A stretch of 64,000 bases of DNA from Candidatus Bathyarchaeota archaeon (GCA_963833575.1 CAWHXY010000006.1:32001-96000); one strand, 5' to 3'; shown: positions 39,719 to 49,208, counted from the stretch's first letter. Numbers and translations: made by a program. The notes: a model not told the origin generated them from the letters alone.

Positions 39719-41350
39719 ATGTTAAACTCTGCAACTAAACGTTTCATTTTACCTTTTTCGCCGCAAAAAAACAAAGAATCAAATTATGAATGTGAATTAG
39801 CCGCTATTTACGCAGTTGCAGAGCTTGAAAGAGCCAAAGGCGGCGGCTTAATCATAAAACAGCCTCGCGAAAAAATTTTATTCATGTCTAAAATTGGCTA
39901 TCCACTTTGGCTGTTTCCAAAAAACGAAAATATCTACATTTTTGACGGCTTAAACGATTCTAACTTCGCAATATCTTACAGTGAGTTACCTGTAGCTAAA
40001 ACATTCATGGAAAGCCTTGAGCGAAATTCCAAGACAAAAGAAGAATACCTAACTTTTCTTTCAGCTAACTCTAATTACTTTCAGCAAGTCGACAAAGAGA
40101 AAGAAATTCCCCTTAAAGGCTTAATTGCAAATGAAAATTTTACTAAAGAGCTTGGGATTTACCGCAAGGAAGCCATAGAAATAACAGAAAAGCCTCCAAA
40201 TTTAGCCTTGATTTCTCCAATGCTGGAAGCAATTACAGTTTTTTCGGCAATAGCTGAAATGGACAGCGCACAGTCACTCTTTAAGGAAAACACTGATAGA
40301 CTGCCAGAATGCCTAAAACAATTAAGCAAAATAACTAGCCAATACGTGACGGAGCTCGATTATGCAGCAGAAGCCGTAAAGGACGAGGCGAACGCTAAAA
40401 TCAAAGCTCAAGAAGAATTTGTAAACCCAAAAATTGCCAAATTAAACACCACTTACAAACAACAAATAGCAAATGTGACAAGAGGCTTCAATGAAGAGAT
40501 AGAAAGAGTTGAAAAACTCAAATCAAAAATTTTGAAATCTATAGAAAGTAATGAAGAAAAAATCAAGCTTTATGAAAGTGAAGCGAAAATCCAAGCCGAA
40601 CAGAATCATTCAATTTATGAGAAGAGATGGAAAGAAAAAAAGAATCAGACCAAAAAAGAAAATGATGGTCTCAAAAAAGAATTGAAACGTGTTGAAAACA
40701 GCATTAAGAATTTAAACAAACAAAAAACTGAAAAAACATGGAAGCTACAACAGGAGCTTGAAACTGAAATTAAATTGGCTCGCCAGCCCATGATTGACCT
40801 CGAAACTTCACGTGATGCGAAGGTTCTCGCTTTCAAATTGGAAGCTGAACAATTGTACAAAAGACAAAAACCTGTAATTGACGGTTTGAATGACGCAATT
40901 AAATTAGGAGAGGCGGTTAACGCTAGATTTGAAAGCTTAGGCATTAGAGAGCAACAGTTGAAAGTTCCCGCGTTGTTCTATGTGCCTCTCTATGTGACCT
41001 GCTATCAATCAGGATCGGCTACACGGTACATTTTTCTATCGCCATCAGTCACAAACACGGCTGGTCTAGCTGGCAAACTTAAAAGTGCATTGGGCATGTC
41101 CAAAATTAAAGAGCGCTTTACACCAAGGTTTCAGACAATCAACGCTTCAATCGACAAAATCCAAATCCTCATAAAGCAAGACTCTTTCTTGGAAAAACAA
41201 ATTTTAGATTTGGGTGAAAAAAATAATCTCTTGACCACAGACATGGCTCGCAAAAATATGGGAAAAGGCTTAGTTAACCTAAAATATGAAGGCTGGCTTT
41301 CAGACAAAGAATACCAAGAATTAAGTAACAGTTTAACATCGGTTTATTAG
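39719..41350 (+). CDS. hypothetical protein with long central coiled coil
   Basis: 543 aa, K/E-rich heptad region between globular ends. Confidence 0.65.
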   Translation: MLNSATKRFILPFSPQKNKESNYECELAAIYAVAELERAKGGGLIIKQPREKILFMSKIGYPLWLFPKNENIYIFDGLNDSNFAISYSELPVAKTFMESLERNSKTKEEYLTFLSANSNYFQQVDKEKEIPLKGLIANENFTKELGIYRKEAIEITEKPPNLALISPMLEAITVFSAIAEMDSAQSLFKENTDRLPECLKQLSKITSQYVTELDYAAEAVKDEANAKIKAQEEFVNPKIAKLNTTYKQQIANVTRGFNEEIERVEKLKSKILKSIESNEEKIKLYESEAKIQAEQNHSIYEKRWKEKKNQTKKENDGLKKELKRVENSIKNLNKQKTEKTWKLQQELETEIKLARQPMIDLETSRDAKVLAFKLEAEQLYKRQKPVIDGLNDAIKLGEAVNARFESLGIREQQLKVPALFYVPLYVTCYQSGSATRYIFLSPSVTNTAGLAGKLKSALGMSKIKERFTPRFQTINASIDKIQILIKQDSFLEKQILDLGEKNNLLTTDMARKNMGKGLVNLKYEGWLSDKEYQELSNSLTSVY

Positions 41351-41432
41351 GTTTTTAGCCTTCCAAAGAGCTATTATATTTTGCCACATTCTGTTTTTAA
41401 GAGTGAATTGAACAGTTTAGTTGGGGCGAAAC

Positions 41433-41846
41433 ATGAAGAAATACACCGGCAAAACTGCAACAGCAATAGTTCCCTTTCCAGAAAACAAGATTTTGCTCAT
41501 CAAAAGAAACACCATTCCCTTCAAAGGTTATTGGGGATTGCCCGGGGGCAGAATGGATCCCGGCGAGACAATAGAGCAAACAGTAGTGCGAGAGGTAAAA
41601 GAGGAAACAGGCCTCGATGTAGAGGTAGTTCGCAAAATTGGCGAATACATCGAGAAGGGAGTAAAAGATGATGTGGAATACGAGTACTACCCAACTTGCT
41701 TTCTTGTTACTATAGTTGGCGGAGAAATCAAGAGACAAGAGAGTGAAATTCAAGATATCAGGTTATATAGCCTAAAAGAATTGCCTGAGCCCTTGGGCTT
41801 TGAACATGACAAAATGATTAATGATTATATGGCTAACAAAAAATAG
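41433..41846 (+). CDS. NUDIX hydrolase
   Basis: PGGRMDPGETIEQTVVREVKEETG Nudix box. Confidence 0.92.
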   Translation: MKKYTGKTATAIVPFPENKILLIKRNTIPFKGYWGLPGGRMDPGETIEQTVVREVKEETGLDVEVVRKIGEYIEKGVKDDVEYEYYPTCFLVTIVGGEIKRQESEIQDIRLYSLKELPEPLGFEHDKMINDYMANKK

Positions 41847-41892
41847 CAAGAACAACTGCTCACCGCGGTCGTTAAATCGCAAGATTTTAGCA

Positions 41893-42066
41893 CTATTCGT
41901 CATAATCCAAACTTTCTAAATCTACTACAACAAGTTGTCCTTGCTGGTCCAGTTTCAGCTCTGTGTGACAAACTGGGCATTCAATTATTTCTCCAGCAGC
42001 AGAGTACTTTGCGAAATCGTCTTTATCAGAAAAATTATAACCACATGCAGGACATCGTGTTGTCAA
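41893..42066 (-). CDS. LysW/ArgW-like Zn-ribbon protein, 57 aa
   Basis: hand translation MTTRCPACGY...GEIIECPVCHTELKL...DLESLDYDE; TTG start after GGGTGA; absent from the ORF track. Confidence 0.7.
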   Translation of the reverse strand: MTTRCPACGYNFSDKDDFAKYSAAGEIIECPVCHTELKLDQQGQLVVVDLESLDYDE

Positions 42067-42248
42067 GTCTCTTACTCACCCAATTTATTTACAATAGCAA
42101 TCTCGCTAAAAATAAAGCTATTCAATTCATTACACGCAAAGGTAAACAAAAAGCGAATGGTCAATAGAGTACACATAATGGTCAAACTGCTAAACTAGTT
42201 TTTCCAACAAAGCAGCAAAATAAAGACAAACTACCTATTCGAATATGA

Positions 42249-42659
42249 TTACTGCTTTTCCAATATTTTCTTTATTTCGTCCATAATGTTTGAGAAATCT
42301 GTTTCTTTTTCGGGTTTCATGCCTTTCTTGGAGACTTTCGCGATTGTTTCATAGCCTTTTCCTGATAATCTTTTTTCCATATTTTTCATAGTTCGTTCGT
42401 TTCCGAAAGCGCGGTATGTACAGAATAAGATAACTTTTTTGCCTTGGGTTTGAGGCATATTCTCTATGAAAGCTATGGTTTCTTTTGCTGGGCTGGCGCC
42501 TTCCACGGGAGTGCCCAGGATTAGGAGGTCACAGTTTTCGATTGTTGGAGGCTGGGTTGAGGCTAAATCATAGATTGGAGTTTTTGTTGCGTCAGCTATC
42601 GCTTGGGCTAGTCGTTTGGTGTTTCCAGTTCTTGAAAAATAGATTATGCATGAATTCAT
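42249..42659 (-). CDS. flavodoxin-family protein
   Basis: YFSRTGNTKRLA, LILGTPV. Confidence 0.88.
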   Translation of the reverse strand: MNSCIIYFSRTGNTKRLAQAIADATKTPIYDLASTQPPTIENCDLLILGTPVEGASPAKETIAFIENMPQTQGKKVILFCTYRAFGNERTMKNMEKRLSGKGYETIAKVSKKGMKPEKETDFSNIMDEIKKILEKQ

Positions 42660-42845
42660 ACTCTGAGATTGGTTTTGCCAAGATAAATAACCTTCTATAT
42701 AGTTGTTCTACTATGTTTTCCGTTTGTATTTGGTTTTGATCTGGAGAAAGTAAGCCAACGGTTGTTTCTCTGTTGCTTAATAGAAGAGTTTCGAAAGTCC
42801 ACTACAATTAGAAGCGAGATGCGCCAACTCTACTATTTACCTTTG

Positions 42846-42889
42846 AAAAAACGTGGAATGGTGATGTCTCCACTCGATGGAGGGTTCAA
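42846..42889 (+). repeat. dispersed ~40-bp repeat, copy 1
   Basis: aaaaaacgtggaatggtgatgtctccactcgatggagggttcaa. Confidence 0.65.
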
Positions 42890-42977
42890 CTGCACCAAAT
42901 GGCACATTAACTAAATTATTTGTAAGGTAAAAGTCGCAATACTTAAAAATCATTTTAGTTAAAAAGCCTCTACCCAG

Positions 42978-43325
42978 GTGAATACTATGGATTTCTGCCC
43001 AGAATGCGGATCGATACTTCAAACAACAAAAAAGGGCTCTTCCACACTTAGATGCCCAAAATGCAAATACGAAAAAACAATGGAACATAAAGAATCAAAC
43101 AAAAAAATAAGCCTACCACTTGGCAAAGCAGCTGAAATCGCCATAATAGACCAAAGCAAAGAAGCAATGCTTAGACAACTCCCAACAATCCATATGGTCT
43201 GCGAAAAATGCGGAAACACCGAAAGCGAAACTTGGAACGTCGAGGCTGCAGACGAAACTATCCATTCAACAATTACATTCTTCAGATGCACAAAATGCAA
43301 AACCACCAGAAGAGAATCTGGATAA
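42978..43325 (+). CDS. transcription factor S (TFS/RPB9-like) paralog
   Basis: FCPECG...CPKC, CEKCG...AADE...FFRCTKC. Confidence 0.82.
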   Translation: MNTMDFCPECGSILQTTKKGSSTLRCPKCKYEKTMEHKESNKKISLPLGKAAEIAIIDQSKEAMLRQLPTIHMVCEKCGNTESETWNVEAADETIHSTITFFRCTKCKTTRRESG

Positions 43326-43363
43326 ACCAAATAACTCACTTATAAGATAGGGCTGATTTTAAG

Positions 43364-43406
43364 AAAAAAGCATGCGCGGGGATGTTTCCACTGGAGTGGG
43401 GGTCAA
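43364..43406 (+). repeat. dispersed ~40-bp repeat, copy 2
   Basis: aaaaaagcatgcgcggggatgtttccactggagtgggggtcaa. Confidence 0.65.
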
Positions 43407-43490
43407 TCCGATTCCCTGCTTAGATTGCTAGAGGATTTGAGTTCAACCCAATCCAAAAATATTGAGTCAAGAAACGTGGACTAATTGCAG

Positions 43491-44732
43491 TCAAGAGATT
43501 CTTTTTAGAAGTAATAGTGTTGCTGTAACCGCTATCAGTAAGATGATTATTGTTATTGGAGCTATTTCAGGTATTGTTGGAGAAGGCAAAGGTGGGGAAG
43601 GTTGAGGAACTGTAATTGAACCAAACGCATAAACGTTGTTATAATCTGACCCAATATAGAGTACGCCGTTGGCGATGGAGGGAAAAGACTCCACAGGGCT
43701 GCCAGTTGTGTAGCTCCACATTTTGCTACCTTTTGCAGCATCCAAAGCATACACATTATTATCGCATGAGCCAACATAGACCACACCGTTTGCAACAGTG
43801 GGGCTTGAATCGATCTTATCGCCAGTCTTGTAGCTCCATACTTTGTCACCGGTTGCGGCATTAAAAGCGTAGAGGTAGCCATCATCAGACCCAATATACA
43901 CCAAACTGTTGGCGACCGCGGGAGAAGACTCTACGGTGCCACCTGTTAGGTAACTCCACATTTTATTGCCCGTTTTGGCGTCTAATGCATAAACCGAGTC
44001 GCCTGACCCAAAATAGACGATGCCGTTTGCAACAGCAGAAGAAGAGTACAGAGGACCAATCGTTGTAAAATTCCATAATTTGGTACCGGAGGCAGCGTCT
44101 ATGGCATAAGCGGTGTCATACGAGTTAACATAGAGCACGCCGTCAACAAATGCTGGATTAGTGTACACAAAGTTGCTAGTTTTAAAGCTCCATGTCATAG
44201 AGCCCGATGAAGCGTCCAAAGCATACACATAGTGGTCATTTGACCCAAAATAAACCACGTTATTGACGACAATAGGCGAAGAATACACCTCGCCTCCAGT
44301 TGTAAAATTCCATTTTAAGCTACCATTATCAGCGTTTAACGCGTACACATCATGATCACGTGAACCAAAATAAATCACTCCATTACTAATCGATGCAGAA
44401 GACTTTATCGGACCCGCAGCCGTGTAACTCCAAATTTTGGCGCCGGTTGCCGCATTCAAAGCGTAAAAATTGGAATCTTGAGAACCCACATATACTACTC
44501 CATCGACTACTGCGGGAGAACAGTATTCTATTGAATTGCCTGTCGGGAAAATCCACAGAGATTGGTTTGTGAGCGGCCCAGTTGATGTAGTATAGCCTGT
44601 GTGAGCTAAATCATGATGGAATGTGGGCGTCCAATCTACGGTAGATTGTTGAGCCATAATTTTTGGTGCAAAAGCTGAAAACATCAATAAACCTAAAGTT
44701 CCCAGAAGGATTATTGATTTTTTGTGGTAAAT
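43491..44732 (-). CDS. PQQ-like (BamB-type) beta-propeller surface protein with PEF-like sorting signal
   Basis: about 8 repeats SSP.V.NG.VY.GS.D..VYALDA..G...W; IPEI + TM + KR tail; full signal peptide needs an ATT start at 44732 (track start 44687). Confidence 0.88.
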   Translation of the reverse strand: MYHKKSIILLGTLGLLMFSAFAPKIMAQQSTVDWTPTFHHDLAHTGYTTSTGPLTNQSLWIFPTGNSIEYCSPAVVDGVVYVGSQDSNFYALNAATGAKIWSYTAAGPIKSSASISNGVIYFGSRDHDVYALNADNGSLKWNFTTGGEVYSSPIVVNNVVYFGSNDHYVYALDASSGSMTWSFKTSNFVYTNPAFVDGVLYVNSYDTAYAIDAASGTKLWNFTTIGPLYSSSAVANGIVYFGSGDSVYALDAKTGNKMWSYLTGGTVESSPAVANSLVYIGSDDGYLYAFNAATGDKVWSYKTGDKIDSSPTVANGVVYVGSCDNNVYALDAAKGSKMWSYTTGSPVESFPSIANGVLYIGSDYNNVYAFGSITVPQPSPPLPSPTIPEIAPITIIILLIAVTATLLLLKRIS

Positions 44733-44829
44733 TTTTTCCCTCTCCTTTAGCTGGTTGGATTATCCAACCATTAATATAAGTTTTCTCCAAAAACCCCCAC
44801 CTACTTTTACGATTCACACTTTGTGATTG

Positions 44830-44869
44830 AAGGGAGATGTGGACGTGTCTCCACTGATGTGTGTGTTAA
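44830..44869 (+). repeat. dispersed ~40-bp repeat, copy 3 (degenerate)
   Basis: aagggagatgtggacgtgtctccactgatgtgtgtgttaa. Confidence 0.5.
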
Positions 44870-44927
44870 ATTCAATTTCCTGCCAAAATTACCAGAGAGC
44901 GGGAATCAACACTGAGCAGCAGATCCT

Positions 44928-44969
44928 TGTTCCATAATAGGAACAAAATGTTCCATGAGTAGAACTAAA
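44928..44969 (+). promoter_or_regulatory. tandem palindromic operator upstream of a surface-protein gene
   Basis: TGTTCCataataGGAACA then TGTTCCATGAGTAGAACTAAA. Confidence 0.65.
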
Positions 44970-45012
44970 GAGTAGCCAATCATTTAGTTATTCATTAGAG
45001 AGAAACGATAAA

Positions 45013-45639
45013 ATGCGCAATTGGGGAAAAGCTATCACTTTACTGCTTGTTGCCTTCTTCTTAACATTTGCACTCTTAATTCCTTCAATGGCTAATGCAC
45101 AAACAACGAGCCAATACAGCGGACGTAGTTTTATGAGCAATAGTCCTGTGTCCTTCACTCTAACAATGAATAGCCCAACTGACCAAGATACTTATTCCAA
45201 TAAGATGATTCTTGACTTTACCATCAACTGGACAGCGGCTCCTGAGTTACTACCAATTGACAATTGGACTTTTGATGAAAAATGCGCCTACAGTATAGAT
45301 GAAAATTCAGCTATTGCTGTACCACCAAATAGTTCCTTTATTGCTATCCCCTTCCCGTGGAGTTATTGGTTTTCAACTTCTGTTGACATCTCTAACTTAA
45401 CAAATGGTTATCACAAAATATCAATCCTTGCTCTCATGTACTTTGGCCCAAACACTCTTTTCAATCAGTCCTCAATTCCAGTTGCATTCTTAGTCCAAAA
45501 CCCAACTCATAATTCAACTCCTACTCCTGCTGTTCCAGAGTTTCCAACATTAATTCTAATAATCATATTTCTTCTCACCACAACTTTACTGGCTACAATT
45601 ATGATTGAGAGAAAACAATCAATAGGATGGATAATTTGA
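45013..45639 (+). CDS. secreted Ig-like protein with PEF-CTERM
   Basis: signal peptide ending ANA, SNLTNGYHKI, PTPAVPEFP + TM. Confidence 0.8.
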   Translation: MRNWGKAITLLLVAFFLTFALLIPSMANAQTTSQYSGRSFMSNSPVSFTLTMNSPTDQDTYSNKMILDFTINWTAAPELLPIDNWTFDEKCAYSIDENSAIAVPPNSSFIAIPFPWSYWFSTSVDISNLTNGYHKISILALMYFGPNTLFNQSSIPVAFLVQNPTHNSTPTPAVPEFPTLILIIIFLLTTTLLATIMIERKQSIGWII

Positions 45640-46020
45640 ACAAAAAAGCACTTTTAGCACTTGTAATCATTACAATTGTAGTTGTGAGTGTGTTTGTTTA
45701 CGGTAACATTATCTTAAACAAGTTCCCCAATATCCTTTTTCACAATCACAGTCATCACCAAATCCAGCATCGTCGTTAAGCCCTACTCCAACACCTTTAG
45801 CATATATAGTTTTAAATCCAAACAATCAAATTGTTAATTTATCCCTGAATCAGCAAACAGATTTTAATGTTACAATTGCCGAGAAGGGATATTACAATTT
45901 ACAATTTCCATGCACTATAACAGTTATTTCCAACACTGGTAGTTCAACTGAGTTAGGTCCCTATTCAAGTTACGGAACATATACTATTAATTTTGAAGGA
46001 TATCTGTACATTATTTTGTT
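45636..46020 (+). pseudogene. frameshifted, apparently truncated membrane-anchored secreted protein
   Basis: TTG-NKKALLALVIITIVVVSVFVY; shift at T5 run 45736-45740; then SQSQSSPNPASSLSPTPTP...; runs into the convergent HTH gene. Confidence 0.55.
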
Positions 46021-46332
46021 TTACTCTTTGCTTTGCAATTTATCGTTGTTGAGAATTCTTAGTGCTTGTAGCAGCAGTTCTGTCTTTGAATTCTCTCTAT
46101 TTAGCCAAATAAGTCGCACGTTCCCGTAGCGTTTTTCTTGAATAATGTCTTCTTTTACTAAAACAAGCAAATTAGCATTAACCTGATTATAAGTACTGTT
46201 TACCTTGCGAACAAGCTCCATAACATTAGCTGAATGAACAGTCAAGAGAAATCTTATGATTTTGCGTCTGCACGAAGAAGAAATTAACTGTTCAAGCTCC
46301 AAATAGTTCCTCCCAAAGTTACTGACCGTCAT
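46021..46332 (-). CDS. winged-helix (ArsR-like) DNA-binding protein
   Basis: SSSCRRKIIRFL, NVMELVRKVNSTYNQV...L...II.E...G.VRLI.LN. Confidence 0.75.
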   Translation of the reverse strand: MTVSNFGRNYLELEQLISSSCRRKIIRFLLTVHSANVMELVRKVNSTYNQVNANLLVLVKEDIIQEKRYGNVRLIWLNRENSKTELLLQALRILNNDKLQSKE

Positions 46333-46618
46333 TGGCGTTTTTGCTTATAACTCTCAGCACGAAACAGCTGTATTTCATAGTAGAGGGATGAGTGTAAGTG
46401 ATCAACATTAAAATAAACCAATTTTGTTTGATCATAATCGTTTATTTTCCTAAACTGTAGTTTCACTTTAAGTCACCTCTCTGTTTCCGAAACTATTCGT
46501 CTTCCTTTAATGTCTAATCCGTGAATGTGCTGCATAACTAAAGCTACCTGCTTTAGAGGCGTGTCACCGCCTAGCCCTAAGGGAAGGGCAGAAAGAGAAC
46601 AAGAAAGGCAAAGGAAGC

Positions 46619-47347
46619 GTGGTTCAAAAATTGAATAAAATACAAATCACAATATTTGCGGTTGCACTTGGTGCATTAATGTTAGCAAGTCCAATGGCTT
46701 TACAGATCGTATCTGCAGGACAAGGTTATGCTGATCACAAATACGGGGTTAGCTACAGTTATGAAGATTGTTCACAGCCTAATAATGAACCAAGTTACAT
46801 GGAGTGCGTGCACACTGACCTCTATGCTCCTGATGACATGATGGTCGGAGTTTACGTGAATACCAACTACCAACTCTACAATAGCAACGATTATAATTAT
46901 GGAAACTTTTGGTTTAGTGCGCAAGCAGGCTACAACTCCGCCACAGTGAGTATCATGCCACCGATGGGAATGACATTTGATCTTGACTACAGCAAATCCA
47001 CTGCATATCGCCTCATTTATTATGATTATTCTTCCGGAACATGGACAAATGGCTACTTGTTCAATGGAAAATGGGCATATCTCAAAGATGATAACCAGAA
47101 TATTTACAGTGCTTATGTCGTCAGCGACCAGTATAACAGCGCGCAGAACAATTTGAATTTTGGTCTTCGCAATTCAGCCGCAGGCATGACTCAGGAAGCA
47201 TTCTACTATAACAACAATCATAACACAGTATACTATCACTATGCTCAGACTCAAGTTCCTTCGGGCAACAACCCCCCTCCAGCGGGAATTTTGGGTTATA
47301 ATTTCCTGACCGCCCATCCATATAGTCAAGGTGGCGATTGGAGTTGA
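46619..47347 (+). CDS. secreted Tyr/Asn-rich hypothetical protein
   Basis: signal peptide, aromatic/Asn-rich beta-type body. Confidence 0.7.
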   Translation: MVQKLNKIQITIFAVALGALMLASPMALQIVSAGQGYADHKYGVSYSYEDCSQPNNEPSYMECVHTDLYAPDDMMVGVYVNTNYQLYNSNDYNYGNFWFSAQAGYNSATVSIMPPMGMTFDLDYSKSTAYRLIYYDYSSGTWTNGYLFNGKWAYLKDDNQNIYSAYVVSDQYNSAQNNLNFGLRNSAAGMTQEAFYYNNNHNTVYYHYAQTQVPSGNNPPPAGILGYNFLTAHPYSQGGDWS

Positions 47348-48192
47348 CAAAACGAAAGAAACTCAGCGAATCTCTATTTTCCAATAATAAAGGAAAGATT
47401 GCGCTAAGCTTGATTATTGCACTCATGCTTACCATTCCAATCTCGCTCGCTTTAGCCACAACTTCTCCTCCATCTACTACCCAAACAGACATGCCCACTG
47501 CCACTCATGAAGTTGCATCCTCAAATACACAGTTCCAAATACACGTTGCATATGCGTATGTGGGGCCGGCTCCATCCAACGTAAGCTCGTATTTCGACCA
47601 AGCAAGGAACACTACAATGCGACTGATCAGCCAATATCCAACTTCAGTTCTATTGAATATCTCATGCTTACCGAGTGCTCAAATTGCTGGTTGCGATGCT
47701 GTAGTTGAAGTTTATGGAGTCAAAATTGGCACTGACACTGGGCATTCGGAATATGATGCTTATTTTATAGGAACCAACTATAATCCCTCGTTTTCAAATG
47801 CATCCTTATCATCCTTGATCCAATATGTACCCAGCTCGTATAACGCTAGTCTTTACACCACTATTGCAGGCAACTTTAAATTCAATTGGAATAGCAATGC
47901 ATCATTCTTAACCGACCCTATTGGTACCAGTACGTTGTATATGGCTTCTGACACCAGTTCATTAGGACTATTCGGTGCAGGAGAGCCAAATGCTGTCTCA
48001 GTTACTGTATACAGAATTGGTTACATAACGATAGCAAACGGATCAGTTACCGTCTTTGAAGACCCCTTAAACAAAACTCCCACAGACATGGTACTGCTTG
48101 GCAATTATAACAACGGTTTTCTCTATAACAATCTTATGCCCTCAGCTCAACTTCCACAAGAAAACTTATTCAAGGCCATTGCACATCCGTAG
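47338..48192 (+). CDS. secreted or membrane-anchored hypothetical protein
   Basis: N-terminal TM/signal, S/T linker; overlaps the upstream gene. Confidence 0.7.
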   Translation: MELTKRKKLSESLFSNNKGKIALSLIIALMLTIPISLALATTSPPSTTQTDMPTATHEVASSNTQFQIHVAYAYVGPAPSNVSSYFDQARNTTMRLISQYPTSVLLNISCLPSAQIAGCDAVVEVYGVKIGTDTGHSEYDAYFIGTNYNPSFSNASLSSLIQYVPSSYNASLYTTIAGNFKFNWNSNASFLTDPIGTSTLYMASDTSSLGLFGAGEPNAVSVTVYRIGYITIANGSVTVFEDPLNKTPTDMVLLGNYNNGFLYNNLMPSAQLPQENLFKAIAHP

Positions 48193-48306
48193 GACGGAAT
48201 CCTATGGTTTCAAAATATCCCTTTTTTGTTTGTTAATCCTATTGACTGTTGAGATTTTCAATAAACTAAAAAGTACTAACAATATAATTATCGAGCAATT
48301 TGGATG

Positions 48307-48358
48307 TGTTCCAGCTTTTAAACAATCGTGGGTTCTCTGTTCCATGAATAGAATTAAA
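48307..48358 (+). promoter_or_regulatory. tandem palindromic operator, copy 2
   Basis: TGTTCCagcttttAAACA then TGTTCCATGAATAGAATTAAA. Confidence 0.6.
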
Positions 48359-48393
48359 TACCTTGCTAAGATGCTAATAATCTAAGGATAGGT

Positions 48394-49095
48394 ATGGCTA
48401 GTGCGAATTTCTCCAAATTTTTCGTCTACGCCTTAATCGTTTCAATGGCGGGCCTGCTTTTGGTTGGGTCTGCAAATGCTGAAACTGTTGAAACTGCTCC
48501 GCCAGCAAGTAATATTCCTGTACCCTCTGTTCCACAGTTCATAGTTATGTTTTTTGAAATGGGTTTCTCACCGATGACAGGCGGCGACAAAGTGCCAGTG
48601 ATAAACTTTACCTTTAAAAGCCAACCTTTTACCTCTTACACTGACAAAAACGCAAATAAGATTAATCTATATTATCTCATAGATTGGAAACGCCCTTCTG
48701 ATAATTCATGGATAGAATACCCAATTTCTCTCTCTTCAAATACTTCAAACTATTTTCAACAATTAGAAGGCACAACATATATGATTACTACTTTTTCGAT
48801 TTATTGGAATGACCCGGTAATTCTGTCTCAAGGTGGTCCGGTAGAATTTAAAGTCGCAGCTCTTATAGGGTACCAAACACCAGGTACCCCCTCGATCATA
48901 GGCGAAACAAGCGGTTGGACTGGCACACAAACAATAATCGTCCCTGTAAGTTCAAGTTCGCCAACACCAATAGCCAACGGTAGTTTAGCCTTAACACTTG
49001 CAATTTCTATCATTGTTGCGATTATAGCACTTGTCATTACTCTGTTAATTTATAGAAGGCATCGAAAAACCGCTAATGTACCTAAAGTAATCTGA
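48394..49095 (+). CDS. secreted protein with C-terminal membrane anchor
   Basis: signal peptide, PSVPQF, QPFTSY, ETSGWTGTQTI, TM + RRHRK. Confidence 0.75.
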   Translation: MASANFSKFFVYALIVSMAGLLLVGSANAETVETAPPASNIPVPSVPQFIVMFFEMGFSPMTGGDKVPVINFTFKSQPFTSYTDKNANKINLYYLIDWKRPSDNSWIEYPISLSSNTSNYFQQLEGTTYMITTFSIYWNDPVILSQGGPVEFKVAALIGYQTPGTPSIIGETSGWTGTQTIIVPVSSSSPTPIANGSLALTLAISIIVAIIALVITLLIYRRHRKTANVPKVI

Positions 49096-49107
49096 TAGAT
49101 TCTTTGG

Positions 49108-49160
49108 TGTTCCAACTTGGAACAACCTATTAGCTACCTGTTCCATGAATAGAACTAAAA
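49108..49160 (+). promoter_or_regulatory. tandem palindromic operator, copy 3
   Basis: TGTTCCaacttGGAACA then TGTTCCATGAATAGAACTAAAA. Confidence 0.65.
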
Positions 49161-49208
49161 GGTTAGTCACTTGTAGTTATTTGAGGGTAAACTGGAACGA
49201 AGAAGTCA

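Noticed and set aside
41935-42198. 87-aa plus-strand ORF
   Set aside because: Antisense to the better-supported LysW-like ORF; no motif
43620-44560. Internal DNA repeats as a diversity-generating retroelement
   Set aside because: Explained by beta-propeller blade repeats; no reverse transcriptase or adenine-specific TR/VR pair seen
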